This document shows, piece after piece, positions 26,017 through 39,746 of a stretch of DNA of 64,000 bases. This DNA comes from the human T2T-CHM13v2.0 reference genome, Homo sapiens. A program made the translations under genes and the position numbers. The DNA is taken from NCBI RefSeq assembly GCF_009914755.1, contig NC_060926.1; one strand, written 5' to 3'. The stretch's first letter is position 1. Each line of letters opens with the position of its first letter. The notes beneath the pieces were generated by a model, which was not told where the DNA came from, made no database searches, and saw nothing but the letters and a program-made list of their open reading frames with translations.

Positions 26017-27957
26017 TGTTGCATTTGGTTTATTTCTTCGATTTGTTTTCATCCAGAGTCATTTCCTTTCCCTCTTTATTTTTTTCTTTCAATATTTGTG
26101 CCTTATAGATGCATTCTGTATTTGTCTGACTGCATACCTGCAATGTAATTCAACATGTTTTTCTATTGTTTGATTTACTGTAAATTGGTAGTTATATCTA
26201 CAGTATCAGTATGGTTCAGGTTTGAATTCTTTTGCTATCACCTTTAACTTGAAAGAATTACTTTGATGTAGAAATAATCTAATGTAAAAGGGCTAATGAT
26301 AAGCAGACTTTCATTAATGGCTCCTTTTACTGTTGGTGAGACGGTTGGAATCAAAGTCAGAAGAGAACCATTCTGATTAATGATAGTATTCAAAACACTA
26401 AAGCTGAATTGTATCAGTGTTACCTGTGTATGTCTTCTTACATGTCCATTTCTGAGAGCGGCTTTCAACTTTCATTCTTTCTTATTAGATGGGCAAAGGA
26501 GCCTGGATTTCTGACCCTGGGCTGAATCTAAAGAAAACGCAAAAAGAGAAGGAAAACAAGTTAGATCTAGACCATTTTGGGGATATTATTTGGGCCAGAT
26601 ATTGAACCTAGTCCATTTTAGAATAGTTTAAACTTTTTAAAAGAGAAAATGTAAAGCTGTTTGCTGTCACTAGTGTTTTACTAACATCTCAAGCTAATTC
26701 AGGTTCTAGTTAGCTTTGCTGATGGCTATTGTCAGAGAAAGAGAAGCAGACAATCTTCTTTTTATTCCCTTTACCTTTTCAGCTTAGTCCTAACCCCTCC
26801 CACCAACCATAAATCGTAACTGTATCAGACTCAATCCAGGGTTAAAGCAGAAAACCACTAAATGAGGAAAACCCAGGTTGATTGAGACAGTACATGCTCC
26901 ACATAGTTTTAGGTGTAAATTTATGCCACATAAATTTCCTGCGCTCTTCCTGTTCCTAATTCTGTAGAGATATGTGGATAGCACTGACATATCATGGCAA
27001 AGAAGTTCTGATCATCATACATTTTCCAATGTATACCTAATCTAAGTAGGAAAATTTTCAGTGAAAAATTTTCTTAAAGTATTAGTAATATTAGCATATC
27101 TTTGTTTTGTTCTATTTTTAAGCGCATCTTTGAATTTTCTCTGCCGAATATTCTTGAAAGGGAGAACATTTTTAACTATTTGAAACACATTATTTGAATA
27201 TCTCATTTAAATTTGTCATTAGTTTTTGAAAGCATAATTGTTTATTCTTTGAAACAAGGTTAGTTGAATAGAAATGCTGACAAAATCCTTAACCATATAT
27301 GCATTAATATTGTATACAAGTAACCATTTCAATTAAGGCTCTAACTTTTTTGTTTGGTTGGAGTGAAGAAAAAACTATATTTTAAAAATACCTCTAACCT
27401 ACTTTCTAATTATTCACATTGACTCGGAGACTGTAAATTGCACTAATAGCACTTTGTTGACCACTTTATTAAAGCAAAAGGAAGGGCAAACCCATATATT
27501 GTCAAACCACTTATTGTTTATTTGAAAGTGTTGAATGAAATTGGTGATTTGGAGGTGGCCCTTGTTACTTATGTTGAGTGCTGAGTATATGGAAATTTGT
27601 ATAATTGCTACACGTTATGTTGCTGGGGCTATGATGTGGTCTCACAACCAAGTGTAAATACCACCTTGCAAGCCAGGGGCTAATATTAGGGAAAAGGAAG
27701 CTTGTTTATAATGGATATTTTACCCATTTATTTTTTCATTGTTTTTATGTAGACTTTTGGTCCTTAAAACCTTTACCCTCTGCTTAGTTGGCTTCTGCAT
27801 TTTAATTTACTCTTTGTCATTATCCTTAGTTCATTAGTTATCATCATTGTATCTATTATTTCCACTATACATATTTTTACAAAGTAATGATGACATGATT
27901 GCACTTTCTGTATTTATTCCCAGGTACTTCAAAAAGTACACTTGCCATTTACCACTC

Positions 27958-27983
27958 TTTTTTTTTTTTTTTTTTTTTTTTTT
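27958..27983. repeat. T26 homopolymer
   Basis: Read directly from the sequence. Confidence 0.95.
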
Positions 27984-28620
27984 GGACATTGCCTTTCATC
28001 ACATGAATTAGGTTGTATCTTATTGAGCATTTTCTCAGGATGGGATTGTGGTAAGGTCTTGTGCCATCAAAACACATAACAGCCTGTGCTGTCTAATACT
28101 GTTACTTTATTTTTTTCATGCTCTCTCTCAGAGCATTGTTACTTGTTTTTTCTACTTTAATTAACAGTTTGACATTAAAAATAACTTTTATTTGAAATAT
28201 AATTCATTTTACAGTTTTTAATACGTTTACATATTTCATTTGTAACCTATGCAAAGAAACATTGCCTGAGATATGTCTGTGTTAGTTTCTGAAAATTTTA
28301 ACATAAAGGAAGTTTTCAACAATAAATTTATTATTAAAATAAGTGAGATATACAACACTTTTACTGACCAATATACCTATTGTAATCAAGATTTTTTGTC
28401 ATTAAGTTTAAGGTTATGAAGGAATCAAGTGACCATAATTCGTTTAATATAAGATACATAAATAAATATATACTGGATTTAGATTATAAAGCAGCTATTT
28501 TAATACAAATTATTCAGCACTGGACACAATAGCCTAACCATATGTCCTTTTTGCAGGAAAATAACATAAAAGTAAACCCACAGTACCATGAGAAATTAAT
28601 ATAATTTTTTTAAATTAATA

Positions 28621-28740
28621 TTTTTTTTGAGATGGAGTTTCCTTCTTGGGGCCCAGGCTGGAGGGCAGTGACACGGTCTCAGCTCACTGCAACCTCTGCC
28701 TCCCCAGGATCAAGCAATTCTCCTGCCTCAGCCTCCCGAA
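28621..28740 (-). mobile_element. Truncated Alu right-arm fragment
   Basis: ttttgagatggagttt...cccaggctggagggcagtg...ctcctgcctcagcctcccga. Confidence 0.88.
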
Positions 28741-29994
28741 CACAATTTTGTGGAATGATTTTGAAATACAATATCTACAGATATTTGGTGTTTATTTTAA
28801 GCTCTCAAACCATTTTTGGTTTTGAATAAAATATTAGGCAGAGATAAAATTTAAAACCTCTTTTTTTTGAAATAGGATGTGTAGTTCAGAGATAGTTGCT
28901 TAGATGCTCTCTGCTGTCTGGGCTCTAAGGAGTTGACTTTATAAAACATCTAAAAACAGAATTTTGGAAAGTGTCTTAAAGTTCATCAACTTTAGTATTA
29001 TCCAACAGATAGTACTACTTGGAACACTACTGTCAATAGATGCTCTCTGAAAACAGAATTCCATAGTAAATCAATAAGGAACCTCTTTATGCATAGCATG
29101 TTCTCATTTAGGAGCAACACAATGCATATTTACGTATTAGTGGCTCTGAGGCACCAATACTTGATTTTCAAAAATGTTTCCCCAAATTATTTAATAACAA
29201 ATTTACATATTTTGTGTATATTAATGTCCCAAATAATTAGGGTACCCCAGGATATCAGTTTATAATAAAATAGTCATTCTTTGATCTAATTCAAGAATTG
29301 CTTCTATATTAGACAGTGCTTCACTTAAGATTACATAATTTGGAAATGAGAAACTGACTCTCACTCTGGAAAAGCTATTTTTCACTTGGGAATTCTAATG
29401 ATCAGAAAAATTTTTACCGTAAAGATTATTTGTTCCAACAAGATATTACAAGAGTTAGCCAGTTGTATGTTTTCACTTAAAAATAATTTTTGTCACTCAT
29501 CTGAATACTCCTCATCCTGTTTCAAATTTTAAATTCATGAAGATTCACAGGGATCCTTGGATGAGGTATAGTAATCATTTTAATTGTGGAAACGATTCAT
29601 TGACATCAATGATCCAATGACAACTATAAACCTGAAACAATTAAAGATAATGATCTGAATCAGCATCACATACGATTTACCCTTGCCTCAGAATTTATGT
29701 TTTGCATTTGAGGCTTCAGGAGCTGGCATTTGTTGATTTGGAGATACTGATATCAAGTGGCTTTTTGGTAATTGTGCTGAACTGGAAGCCATGTAACAGC
29801 ACACAGGTGGTATAAGATCTATCCGAATTTCTATTGTTTGTAATCTGTGCTTTTTATGCCTTTAAAATGTATGATGTCACATCAAAAGAGTTACATAAGA
29901 TTGGCTGCTTAATTTCAAACTCATGAAGTTTGTGCATTTCTATGTTAGTAATACTTCCTAAAACCTCTTTGAAAGGCACTTTTTTGGGGGTCTG

Positions 29995-30275
29995 CCATTC
30001 ATTTACCCACTGAATTAAAGGTATATGTCTAATATATGCTAGGCACTGTTCTTGGAATTAGGAGATAGTGAATAAAAGTACATCATGTCCCTCACCCCAC
30101 CTTTACAGAGTGTCTCATTGGTGACAGATAATAAACAAATAGATATATAATTGCAAGTACTGGACAGCAAAGGTATTTCAGAGGAAGTGACATTCAAGCT
30201 GAGACTGAAATGAAGTAAGAGAGTATTGCAGATTGGGGGAACAGCAAGCAAAGAGACTGGAAATTCTATACTGTT
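29995..30275 (-). mobile_element. L2 3' fragment
   Basis: cattcattt...tatgctaggcactgttct...gaggaagtgacattcaagctgagactgaa. Confidence 0.7.
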
Positions 30276-32599
30276 TGAATGGTTTATAAGAATGCATTCA
30301 TTATTATTTGTGTAGATAAATGTAAAAAAATTGATGTGCATTTTATTGAAAAGCTATACATTATAATGTTGAGACATTTGATACTGGATAAATGGCAAAA
30401 GTGTTTACTTTTTATGGAAATGTTAGAAATATTTGAAGAGAAACGAAATATATTTTTTCTTCTTCAATTAGTAATAATGATAGGGGGAAATGAATTTTAC
30501 TAATTTTAATCCTTACCTAAATAGAGCTTAACAATGTTTTATTCAGTATATTTTATTTAAAAACAAATACTAAGTATATTGTATGTACTCTCCATTAAAA
30601 TAATTACCAAAGCAAATAAAAGTAAAAACATCCATTAGAACATATGGATAGATACCTTTGTATCTGCACATGTACTACTGATTCTAAAGTAAAAGTTGAA
30701 AAAAAAACCACATTGATAGATATCTTACACAAAGTGACCCAAATGTGGAACATCGACATTAAGAGAGTGGAAAATAAGTAAGGTCAGATACCTATTAAGT
30801 CAATGTCTGACTATAGCCATAGAAATAGGTGCATAAAATTGCTTATGTTTGTACTCCTTTAAGAAAATACAGTAAACGTATATATAGAAGGAAAGTTTTG
30901 TGATTTTTTTTCCAGAGGATTATTTTAAGAAAGATTCATCCTAAATTTCCTTGAAATACCCTACTCATTTAGGTCACTCGGGACAGATTTTTTTTATTTT
31001 TAAAAATTAAACTGTTACCAAAACTTTCACGACTACACCTGTTGCATAAGGTGAAGCAGTTTATATAAAATGGATACAATGTGATATGATATTATCAGAA
31101 TTTAGCTGTGACATATTTAAGTATAACTTACAGGTATTGGTCATGGAGCCCAAACCTTAGCACACAAGAAAAATATCCTATGTTGTACTAACATGAACAG
31201 TATAATTTTTTTAAAAGGATGTAGGTATCTCTGCCTATAGATAAATTTATAAATAAAAGAATGAAATTAATCAATTAAAGCATCCTTTCTTGATAAATAC
31301 CTGTGCTATGTACAGTTCACCCGATTAACTTATGTAGAAAAATATTGATCCTCCTTATACAACTGTGTTTGCTTTTAGGAATATAAGGATCCAAACATCC
31401 CTTTCTGCCTCCTTGCATTTGTCTTCAATATACACAGCTCCCTTTGAAATCAGTGGGATATGAGAGAGTGCAGTGGGGGATAAAAATCTGAGAATTCAGT
31501 GGCCCTTTCTCAGGTGGAAGATTGGGAGAGCTGCCATCTAATGATGCTTCTCAGTGGGAGACCCAGTTTGATGAGGCTGAATAGGCCTGAAAGAATTGAC
31601 TTCCTGATACAAAGAAACAGAATCTGAGCGCCTCACCACTTTCAGAAGGAATATTGAAATACTGAGTGATATAGACTGCCTTTCAAATAGAATTAATTGA
31701 ATTTGTATAATTTCCTTTTCCTTTTTAAGAGCTCTCATCTTTTTTAAAAAAAATCACCCAGTGTGTTTCATTTCTTACTGTTGAAATTCATTCCTTTAAT
31801 TGCTTCATTTTTTGAGACTGTCAATAACTACCAGTCTCTTAATTATTCTCTTTTATCATATTTAAGAACCCAATGCCTATATTTTCTTCTGAGATGCTCA
31901 CATACATCTCCCACTGAATTCAATGGCTCTCTAAGCTGTTTCAGGTGAGTCTCTTATCTTAGTAGTTAGACATCATCATTAGAATAGCTTTTATGTTACA
32001 TGGGATTTCTTTTAAACCTATGTTATGTGGTGATTTCCTGTAATAAATCTAGAAACAAATAAAAACTTTTAAGTTATAAGAGACGCAAATTTACCAGAAT
32101 GATCGTCTCTTTCTTTTCTGGATATCTTAAAATCCTAGATGGTGTGAACACCACCTATTTTGCCACAGTGTTAGAAGAAATACATTTTGTATTCTTAATA
32201 TCTTCCTAGCCCTGGACACCTTATGTTGTGATACCTGTGTTATACACGTAAGACCTATTATTTGAAAGCACAGAAAAAGAAATATCAATTAATAAGAAAG
32301 ACTCCCATAAATGCAGGATCCAGTGAAAAGTGTTACATCTATATATTATGGGCAAATAAATCAATGTAATCAATCCATATACTGGAGCAAGGTGTAGACA
32401 CTCAATTCTGTTGAGTGAATTAAGAAATTAACCAGTCATTTGGTTGGAATCCCTCTGGAGTGGCTGTATGGGACGATACCAAAAGGTAGAGCAGGAAGAG
32501 TCTTGGGCTTATTTAGTAATCCTGCCTCAAACCAGCTCTCTTTCTAGACAGGAACTTACTGAAACCCCAGCAGCCAATTGTAATGCTTATCATAATCAT

Positions 32600-32900
32600 A
32601 ACCTTAAAGATTTTCAAAGACGACATTTCCCTCAGCTGTCCTTAGGAGCCTATTTTAAGTGATTAAAATTCAATGCTGTCAAGTAGTTCTTACATTATGT
32701 CAACTTAAATTTGTCTTGCAAGTTAAGCCATTTCCTCCTGTACCCTGAAGAACAGCTGGTCACCATCTTCCTTATGATCTCCCTCCTTAACCTTGAAAAT
32801 AACAATAAGATCATAAAATCCTCTTTTTTCTTAGCCAAAGTCATCACAACTTAGTCATATTTTTTCAAAGGTTCTTATTTTTTCGAGTGATTTCTAATTT
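32600..32900 (-). mobile_element. L3/CR1 fragment
   Basis: gttcttacattatgtcaacttaaat...ttaagccatttcctcctg...gaacagctggtcaccatc resembles the antisense L3 3' region. Confidence 0.6.
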
Positions 32901-33789
32901 ATTTCCAGGACCACTAAGCTTTCTGGTATCTTTGGGAGATTAGTCGATGGCAGCCACTGTTCCTTTCCACTACAGACAGTAACTTGCCAAAATGATTTCA
33001 AATTATGGCTGCCTATCTTTTAATACACTGCCAATGACATAATGTTCCCTAAACAACACAAATATAATTGACATCTGTAATTAACATTAGGTCACACTTT
33101 TTTGTTCTACATTAAAAATGTCATCTTTGAAACATTATTTCACTGGTTATGTTTGTGCCAATATAGATATATCCCAGATATATTAGCAGTGAACCATGCA
33201 GCAGGGAAAGCTTAAATCTCCAAATGCCCTTCACACACTGACTATTTTTAAATCCTTTGAAAGATGATATGAATCATTGCCTATAATAAAGAAAATTTGT
33301 TTAAACAGGACATAGTAGGTCTGTGTCTTCACCATGCGAATTATGTGAATGAAAGGTGAATAGTTGGGTCACTTATCTTCATATGTTGTGATTGATCCCT
33401 CTGCCTCCAATTTTTCTGTTTCTTTGAGGTTTATAGTTAGAGTCTTGTGGAGTTACATGGCTTATTGAATGATTCTGGTACAACTGATCGATATAATTAG
33501 CAATCAAGATAACATAGGTTCTCAGACTTCAGTTATTCCTTCAATTATACAGTTTGCTTTCAAGAACTATAAACTTTCTTGAATATTTTCCAGCATATCT
33601 CAGTTTTATCTATGGAGCTTGAGTAAGTTTGTCAAGTTTAAAAGAGTCAATACTCCCTCTAAATCAGAATGAAGCAAATATGATGTATCATACTGTTGTG
33701 GATCCTCTACTAAAGCAAAGATAAAGTCAACTAGGTCTTAGTTCTGTTTACCATGGTTGGTCTAGTAAATTTCGTCATTATATTCCAAA

Positions 33790-34045
33790 CTGGTCGTATA
33801 CCAAATATTGCTGAATAAAGTAAGCAGTTTATCAAACGGGATATAGACTAAAATCCCATATTTGTTTAATAACTGTGTGTGGGTGTGTTTATGCACAAAA
33901 TCAGTCTGGGAGAACATCTACAATATAATTGAAGTGATTATTTCTGAGTGTTGGGATCATGGATTATTTATATATTCTTTTTATATGCATGCTTTTCTAA
34001 TTTTTCTACAGAGAACAAGTATTACTTATGTAGTAAGCCAAAAGT
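33790..34045 (+). mobile_element. L1ME4-like 3' end fragment
   Basis: gtgattatttctgagtgttgggatcatgg...ttttctacagagaacaagtattacttatgta. Confidence 0.55.
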
Positions 34046-34138
34046 TAATTTTAAGCATTTTAGAAACTAAATCAGCTAAAAATGTTTGCTAAACCGAAAA
34101 TAATCATTCAAATGGTGACCTAAAAATTCCAGCGTATT

Positions 34139-34456
<318 letters not shown>

Positions 34457-35202
34457 CTACATCTATTAAACAGAGAACTTGCTTCATGTATTGTTTCTTC
34501 AAAACGTGCTGTGAGTACTCAAATACATTACTCTGAAACAAGTGTTAATATGTTAACTAAAAAAACCGAGTGAAGTTGTGAACCATTCTTTTTTTCCCCC
34601 ACAAGCAAAATAGATTTCACTTTACATCATTATGGTTGGATAGTGGACAGTAAGAATCAACTACCAGGGGAAAAGAGCAAAGGGGAGATTTCAGGTCCCA
34701 AGAGAATATTCTGGGGCATTAGTTTCTACAAATAAACATTGAGTTATGTCAGGAATGTTATGCAGCCGTAATGCTGTCCATCCTGTATTCCCAGCTTTGT
34801 GGCTGGAAGCACCAGTTCAATGTTCTGAAATTTCACAGTCGTAAAAAATTCCCTTCTCAAAACGCCAACTTAATTGGAGTTAGTTATAAATTATCTTTGG
34901 GTGAAGAAATATGAAGAAACTACATTAAAATAGAGGATTGGGAGCACTAAGTCTAAACTTAACCTCATGACATACTAAGTGGAATGTTTCACTGAGAGTA
35001 CAGAATCTGATCACAGTTTTTGTTTTTTTTCTTCATTCCTTATTAAAGTGAAACTTTTATCATTTTGCTCCATCGTTCTGATCCTGCAAAGAGAGATTTG
35101 GAAAGAGAATTAAAAAATGCTTCTCAACAGTAAAGTACTGGAAAAATACTGAAGAGTTCTAAATATGATTCTTATATATTACTTTTTTCTTATAAAGACA
35201 AT

Positions 35203-35442
35203 AGAATGTAGTGGCTAAGACTATAGAGACAGACTACCAAGCTTCATATTCCAGCTCTAATATTGGTAGGCGAACATGGATAAATTGTTTAAACTCTCTA
35301 ATCCTCAATATCTAAACCTTTAAAATAGTTAACAATAAATGTACATGTGTCATAGAATTGCTGTAGCCAGGAATTAAGACAAAATATGTGAAATTATTAG
35401 CACAGTTTCTGACATGGAAAGTACTCCACAATTATTAACTAT
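35203..35442 (+). mobile_element. MIR
   Basis: tagaatgtagtggctaaga...ttagcacagtttctgacatggaaagtactc. Confidence 0.7.
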
Positions 35443-35444
35443 AT

Positions 35445-37190
35445 TTAATTTGACATATTTATGAAGCATTTTCTATGTCCTGGGAGGTGTGTTAAATGCT
35501 AGAAAAACAACAATGAGCATTAAAGGCATGGTGTTGAGACTGACAGAGTTTTTAATCTCATGAGAGACAGGAACAAACAGGCAGTTATAAGTCATTGAGA
35601 TGAGCATGATGATAAAGATGTTTCAAGGTGCTGTGAAAGTATAGAGAAGGGACACCAACACTGCTTCAAGAAAGATTTATGCTGGTGGTGTCCACATAAA
35701 GGCCAGAGTAGAATGAATAGGAGTTAACTAGGTGAAGAAATGGGAGACGTGGCAGGTAACCCAACTCAGACAAGTGAATAATCATGAGTTTATTAGTTCA
35801 TGTTACTAAAAAGTCTAGAGGGTTTCAGATGTAAATTTATTAGAGTTCTAATTTAATTTCCTTCTTTTTTTTTGTCTCTGCTTTGAGTTTGTTCTGAAGG
35901 TGGATTTTCTTGTGGTAGCAAAACAACGGTCAGTTTTAGACATTGCATTTACACACCCAAAAATAGAAAATAATTTTTTCCCAACTGTCAATCAAAAAGC
36001 ACAGGATTCATTTTGATTGACCAACTTAGTTTATGTGCATATTCCTGAACCAATACTTGGACATTGGAGATGGAGTCACAATAAATGGTTTGGGCATTCA
36101 CAGTATTCTTCTGGAGCTGGGGTCAACAGCATCCAGAAATCAAGCTGCTACTCAGTAGAAAAGAATACATCCTGGGGTGGCAAACAACAGCGCCCACTAG
36201 AGGCTACAGGATGAGAGACATGGTACGTTCCAAGAGCTGGTATATAACTTCAGTGAATCTAAAGCATCGTGTATGAGGAGACTGGGAATGAATGACGGAA
36301 TTAGAAAAGCAAGCAGATACCAGATGACACAGGTTTTGCAAAATATTTTAAGAAATTTGGACTTCTTTCTGATATAACAAGGGAAGATGTTTTTAAGCAA
36401 GAGAGTCAACAATCATGATTGTGAAATCTAGTGCAAAGAGTAGATCAAAGAAAATCAAGATTGGCCACTGGAGATAATACAGGAGGCTATTAATTCAAAT
36501 GTTAGTTAATGTTGGCTTTAATGGGTGATGGCAGTGGGAATATCGAAAGATGAGTATAAAGATTTATTCCAGGAACAGAATTGGGAGGACGTGGTAGTTG
36601 ATAGCTTTCTAGGGCTGAGGGAGAAAGGGGAGTCTAGGATAATGCCCATACTCTCGGTTTGGGCAATTAGCAGGTGTTCAGGCCATTGACTGAGATAGGA
36701 ATGTCAGTAAGAGTAATAGGTTTGGAAGTTAAACTAATACTCTTCCTGTGGAACATCTAAGTGGAAATATCAATATAGATGTAAAGCACGGGAATGTTAT
36801 ATGAGCTTGAGATATTGTAAACACCTTGGAAATGATGAGACAATCTAGGGAGCACACAGAGAAAGAGAACAAAAGAAAATTCAAGATGAAAATGGCAGTA
36901 GAGGATGCTGAAAAAGTAGGAGCCCACAGAAGTGACTGAGAAAAGTTAGCCAAAACTCAGTGAGCCAATAAAAGAGAGTATTTCAAAGTTAGGAATGGTT
37001 AATTCTCTAATGCAATAGAGATGAAGTAATAGAAATCCATTGGATTTAGCAACAAAAGTCAGTGGATATTTCAGGGAGACTAGTTATAGTGGAGGGGTAA
37101 AAATTAAAGCCAGACTGTGAACTGAACCATCCGTGGTAGGTGAGTAAATACAGATGTAGATATAGATGACTCTTAATTTGGCCATAAAGG
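35445..37190 (-). mobile_element. L2 remnant interrupted by an MLT1 LTR
   Basis: catatttatgaagcattttctatgtcctggg, ggaggctatt and ccattggatttagcaacaa are antisense L2 phrases. Confidence 0.7.
35750..36207. mobile_element. Old MLT1 (J/K/L-like) LTR
   Basis: aacccaactcagacaag...gtttattagttcatgttactaaaaagtctag, and ttatgtgcatattcctgaaccaat. Confidence 0.55.
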
Positions 37191-37294
37191 ATTAGCTGAC
37201 AAACAGTTGAGAGATTTGCTATTATTACTGTTTTTTAAGATTAAAAAAACCTTGAATAGTTAAGTGTCATAAGGAGGGTATGTAGATGAAGATT

Positions 37295-37530
37295 TATCTA
37301 ACTAGCTTAGAGAACCAGGCACTGTTCTCAGTATTTTGTATATGTTAACTTTTCCTAACACCATAAGAATCCTATGAGATAGTGCTATTATTGTCTACAT
37401 TTGACATATGAGGAAACTGAGGCACAGAGATTAAGTATCTTTCCCAAAGTCACCAGCTAGTAAGTATATAGCTGAAATCAAACTGATGGTAGCCTGACAC
37501 TGGAGTCTGTGCTCTTAACTACTATGCTAT
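37295..37530 (-). mobile_element. MIR
   Basis: Core catatgaggaaactgaggcacagagattaagtatctttcccaaagtcac. Confidence 0.88.
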
Positions 37531-37544
37531 ATTACCTTCCCTGG

Positions 37545-38425
37545 GTTAGGTTGCTTTTACTTTACTCTGCAAGATCAAATTAATGGTAGCAGTAACATGT
37601 ATAGCAGAGAAAGGAAATACATTTCTGGTGAAGCAGAAGGGAATGAGATTCAACTGCAAATGAAAGAAAACTCAGGTAACTTTGTCCTAAAGAAGATGAA
37701 AATTTATTTTTCTGTCATGTAGAAGTCTGGGTAAATAGTATGTACTTATGTGGCACCACTTTTAAGTAACCTGATTTTCTTCCATATTGTTGTTTCATTG
37801 TGCATGGCTAAAAGCCTCAAGGTGGAACTCTAGCTAGCCTTGTGGTAGCCAATATGTTAACTACTGGCCAAGTGGTACTCTTGAGCACTTGAAATGTGGC
37901 TAGTCCAAATGGAGGTGTGCTATAAGTGTATAATGCACATTGAAACTTGAATACTTAATACAACAAAATGTAACAAATCTACATAATTTTTATATTAATT
38001 ACATGTTGAAGTTATACTAATTTGGACATTCTGGATGAAATGAAATGTATTAGTTATTAAAAGTAATTTCATCTGTTTCTTTTTACTTTTTCAATGTGAC
38101 TAATAGAAAATTTAAAATTACTTACATGGCTTGCCTTTGTGGTTTGCATTATATTTTTATTGAATATTAGTGCTCTAGACTTTACATCTAAGTTCCATAC
38201 AGCAATACGGAAAGAGGGAGAAGATTACATCCATTACTTTTAAGGATGCTTCCCAGAAGTTATATAAATTTCTGCTTTCATTCCATGGCCACACTTAACT
38301 GAAAGTGTAGATGGAAATTACAGTCTTGATTCTGGATGACCACATGCCCAGCTGCAATTGTGTAGTTATGTTAATTCAGAAGAAAAGAAAAGTGGATGTT
38401 GGAGGACAATTAGCTGGCTCTGACA
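37545..38425. mobile_element. Old MLT1 LTR split by MER33
   Basis: gggttaggttgc start; catggccacacttaactgaaag...gatgttggaggacaattagctggctctgacaca end. Confidence 0.5.
37836..38172. mobile_element. MER33 (hAT-Charlie) non-autonomous DNA transposon
   Basis: ttgagcacttgaaatgtggctagtcc and aatttcatctgtttctttttacttttt. Charlie-type 8-bp flanks ctctagct (37828-37835) and ctctagac (38173-38180). Confidence 0.8.
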
Positions 38426-38429
38426 CACT

Positions 38430-38574
38430 CCAAAGCACAAACAGGAGAATTAACTTCAGCCTTATGTGAGGGGGAGACATTTCCTTCATTTGAGCAGAAG
38501 AAAAAGACAGATGACATTACAGCTATTTTTGCAGGTTTGATATTGAGAAATTGAGAGAATTTTCATCTAGTGAC

Positions 38575-38613
<39 letters not shown>

Positions 38614-39220
38614 GAAATGATATCAGTTTTTTGTGCATGTGGGCCAGATTGAATCAGATTTGAGAAAAGTGATGGAGCTAAAAAATGCTGTGTTGAAAAT
38701 CTGGTTGATATTGGAGGCCATGAATTTATATTGAAACCAGTCTCCAGCTTTGTACCATTTTCACTAGCAGTGATCAGCAGTGCAGGTGTATCTGAAAGAA
38801 AAGCTAGTACTTAGTTTTATTCAAAACTGAGGTTTTACTGCGAAAATGCCAAGGAAGAAGAACGGGATCAGGAAGTTGAGGATGTTGACACAAGAGCAGT
38901 TAAAAGGATGGACAGTGGAGTCTAAACTGGAAAGGACAGGATGTGAAGACAAATGGCTGCTGAGAGATAGGGATGAAGTACAGGAATTGTGAGAACGGAG
39001 GTCCTAAAGAACAGCAGCAGTCGTTAGGTGAGAGAGCTGAAAGGGGAGGATGCTGTAGTCAGAGACTGGTTGATGTTGAAATTGAGTTTTTTCAGAGATG
39101 GAATAGGTCTAGGGGATGACAAGGTCCACATTGAGCCATGAGAATGAGTGGCTGAATTAAATTGGAAGAGGTCATTGGAGGTGAAGAGGTCAAGAAATTG
39201 AGGAATTAGGGATTTACTGG
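38430..39220 (-). mobile_element. L2 remnant (likely a continuation of the 35.4-37.2 kb element)
   Basis: Purine-rich antisense L2-like text (gaggccatgaatttata; gaggtcaagaaattgagg). Confidence 0.5.
38577..38609. repeat. (TG)16 microsatellite
   Basis: Read directly from the sequence. Confidence 0.95.
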
Positions 39221-39292
39221 GGGAATGTGGTTCTTCAGGTCTCAGTCTATTCTGATTTTAATAACTAAAATGAGATGTTCACAACCAATAAT

Positions 39293-39746
39293 TGTTTGGA
39301 GACAGTTCTTTATGAATCTCTCCTGTGTCTGCAGATTTTGCAAGCAGAAACAGGAGTTTTATTCTGGATTATCATTACAAAGATATTTGTAGCGCAAAAC
39401 CTTAACAAAAAGTGATAGTGTCTCCCTCTGGTATCAAGGTCAGGCATGCTTACTCTTTATTATAAAAATTAGCATATACCCTAAATGCATAGTTGCTCTT
39501 CTGTAACACAACACATTGCATGTGCAGGTGTTACCTGGTCCTCTTCACTTTGTTCTGTGGAATTGGGGTTTGGGGAACCAGCAAAAATGCTGATACTCTG
39601 GCTACTGCTATTGCTAGGAATTATGAAGTCCTTTGTTTCTGACCCAGGAGTCTTGTGTCTTCTGCCAGCATCCATAAACCTGTGGCGGATGAACTTCTTA
39701 GCCTGTATGCAATATAAAACTCTAAGACTCTTCACAGTTTTTGATA
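39293..39746 (+). mobile_element. LTR40-like ERVL solo LTR
   Basis: tgtttggagacagttc start, gatagtgtctccctctgg, tctgacccaggagtcttgtgtcttctgccagcatccat, and cttcacagtttttgata end. Confidence 0.75.

Larger units (their letters stand above)
23225..26240 (-). mobile_element. L1MC4/5-like 3' end fragments (23225-23600 and 26017-26240) split by an L1PA
   Basis: ttgttgtggaaaattttgaataaac...gagtataatgaa and ttgcatttggtt phrases occur on both sides of the L1PA. Confidence 0.55.

Noticed and set aside
31530-31546. CTCF-like gctgccatctaatga
   Set aside because: It has two substitutions in the conserved CCAC end of the motif.
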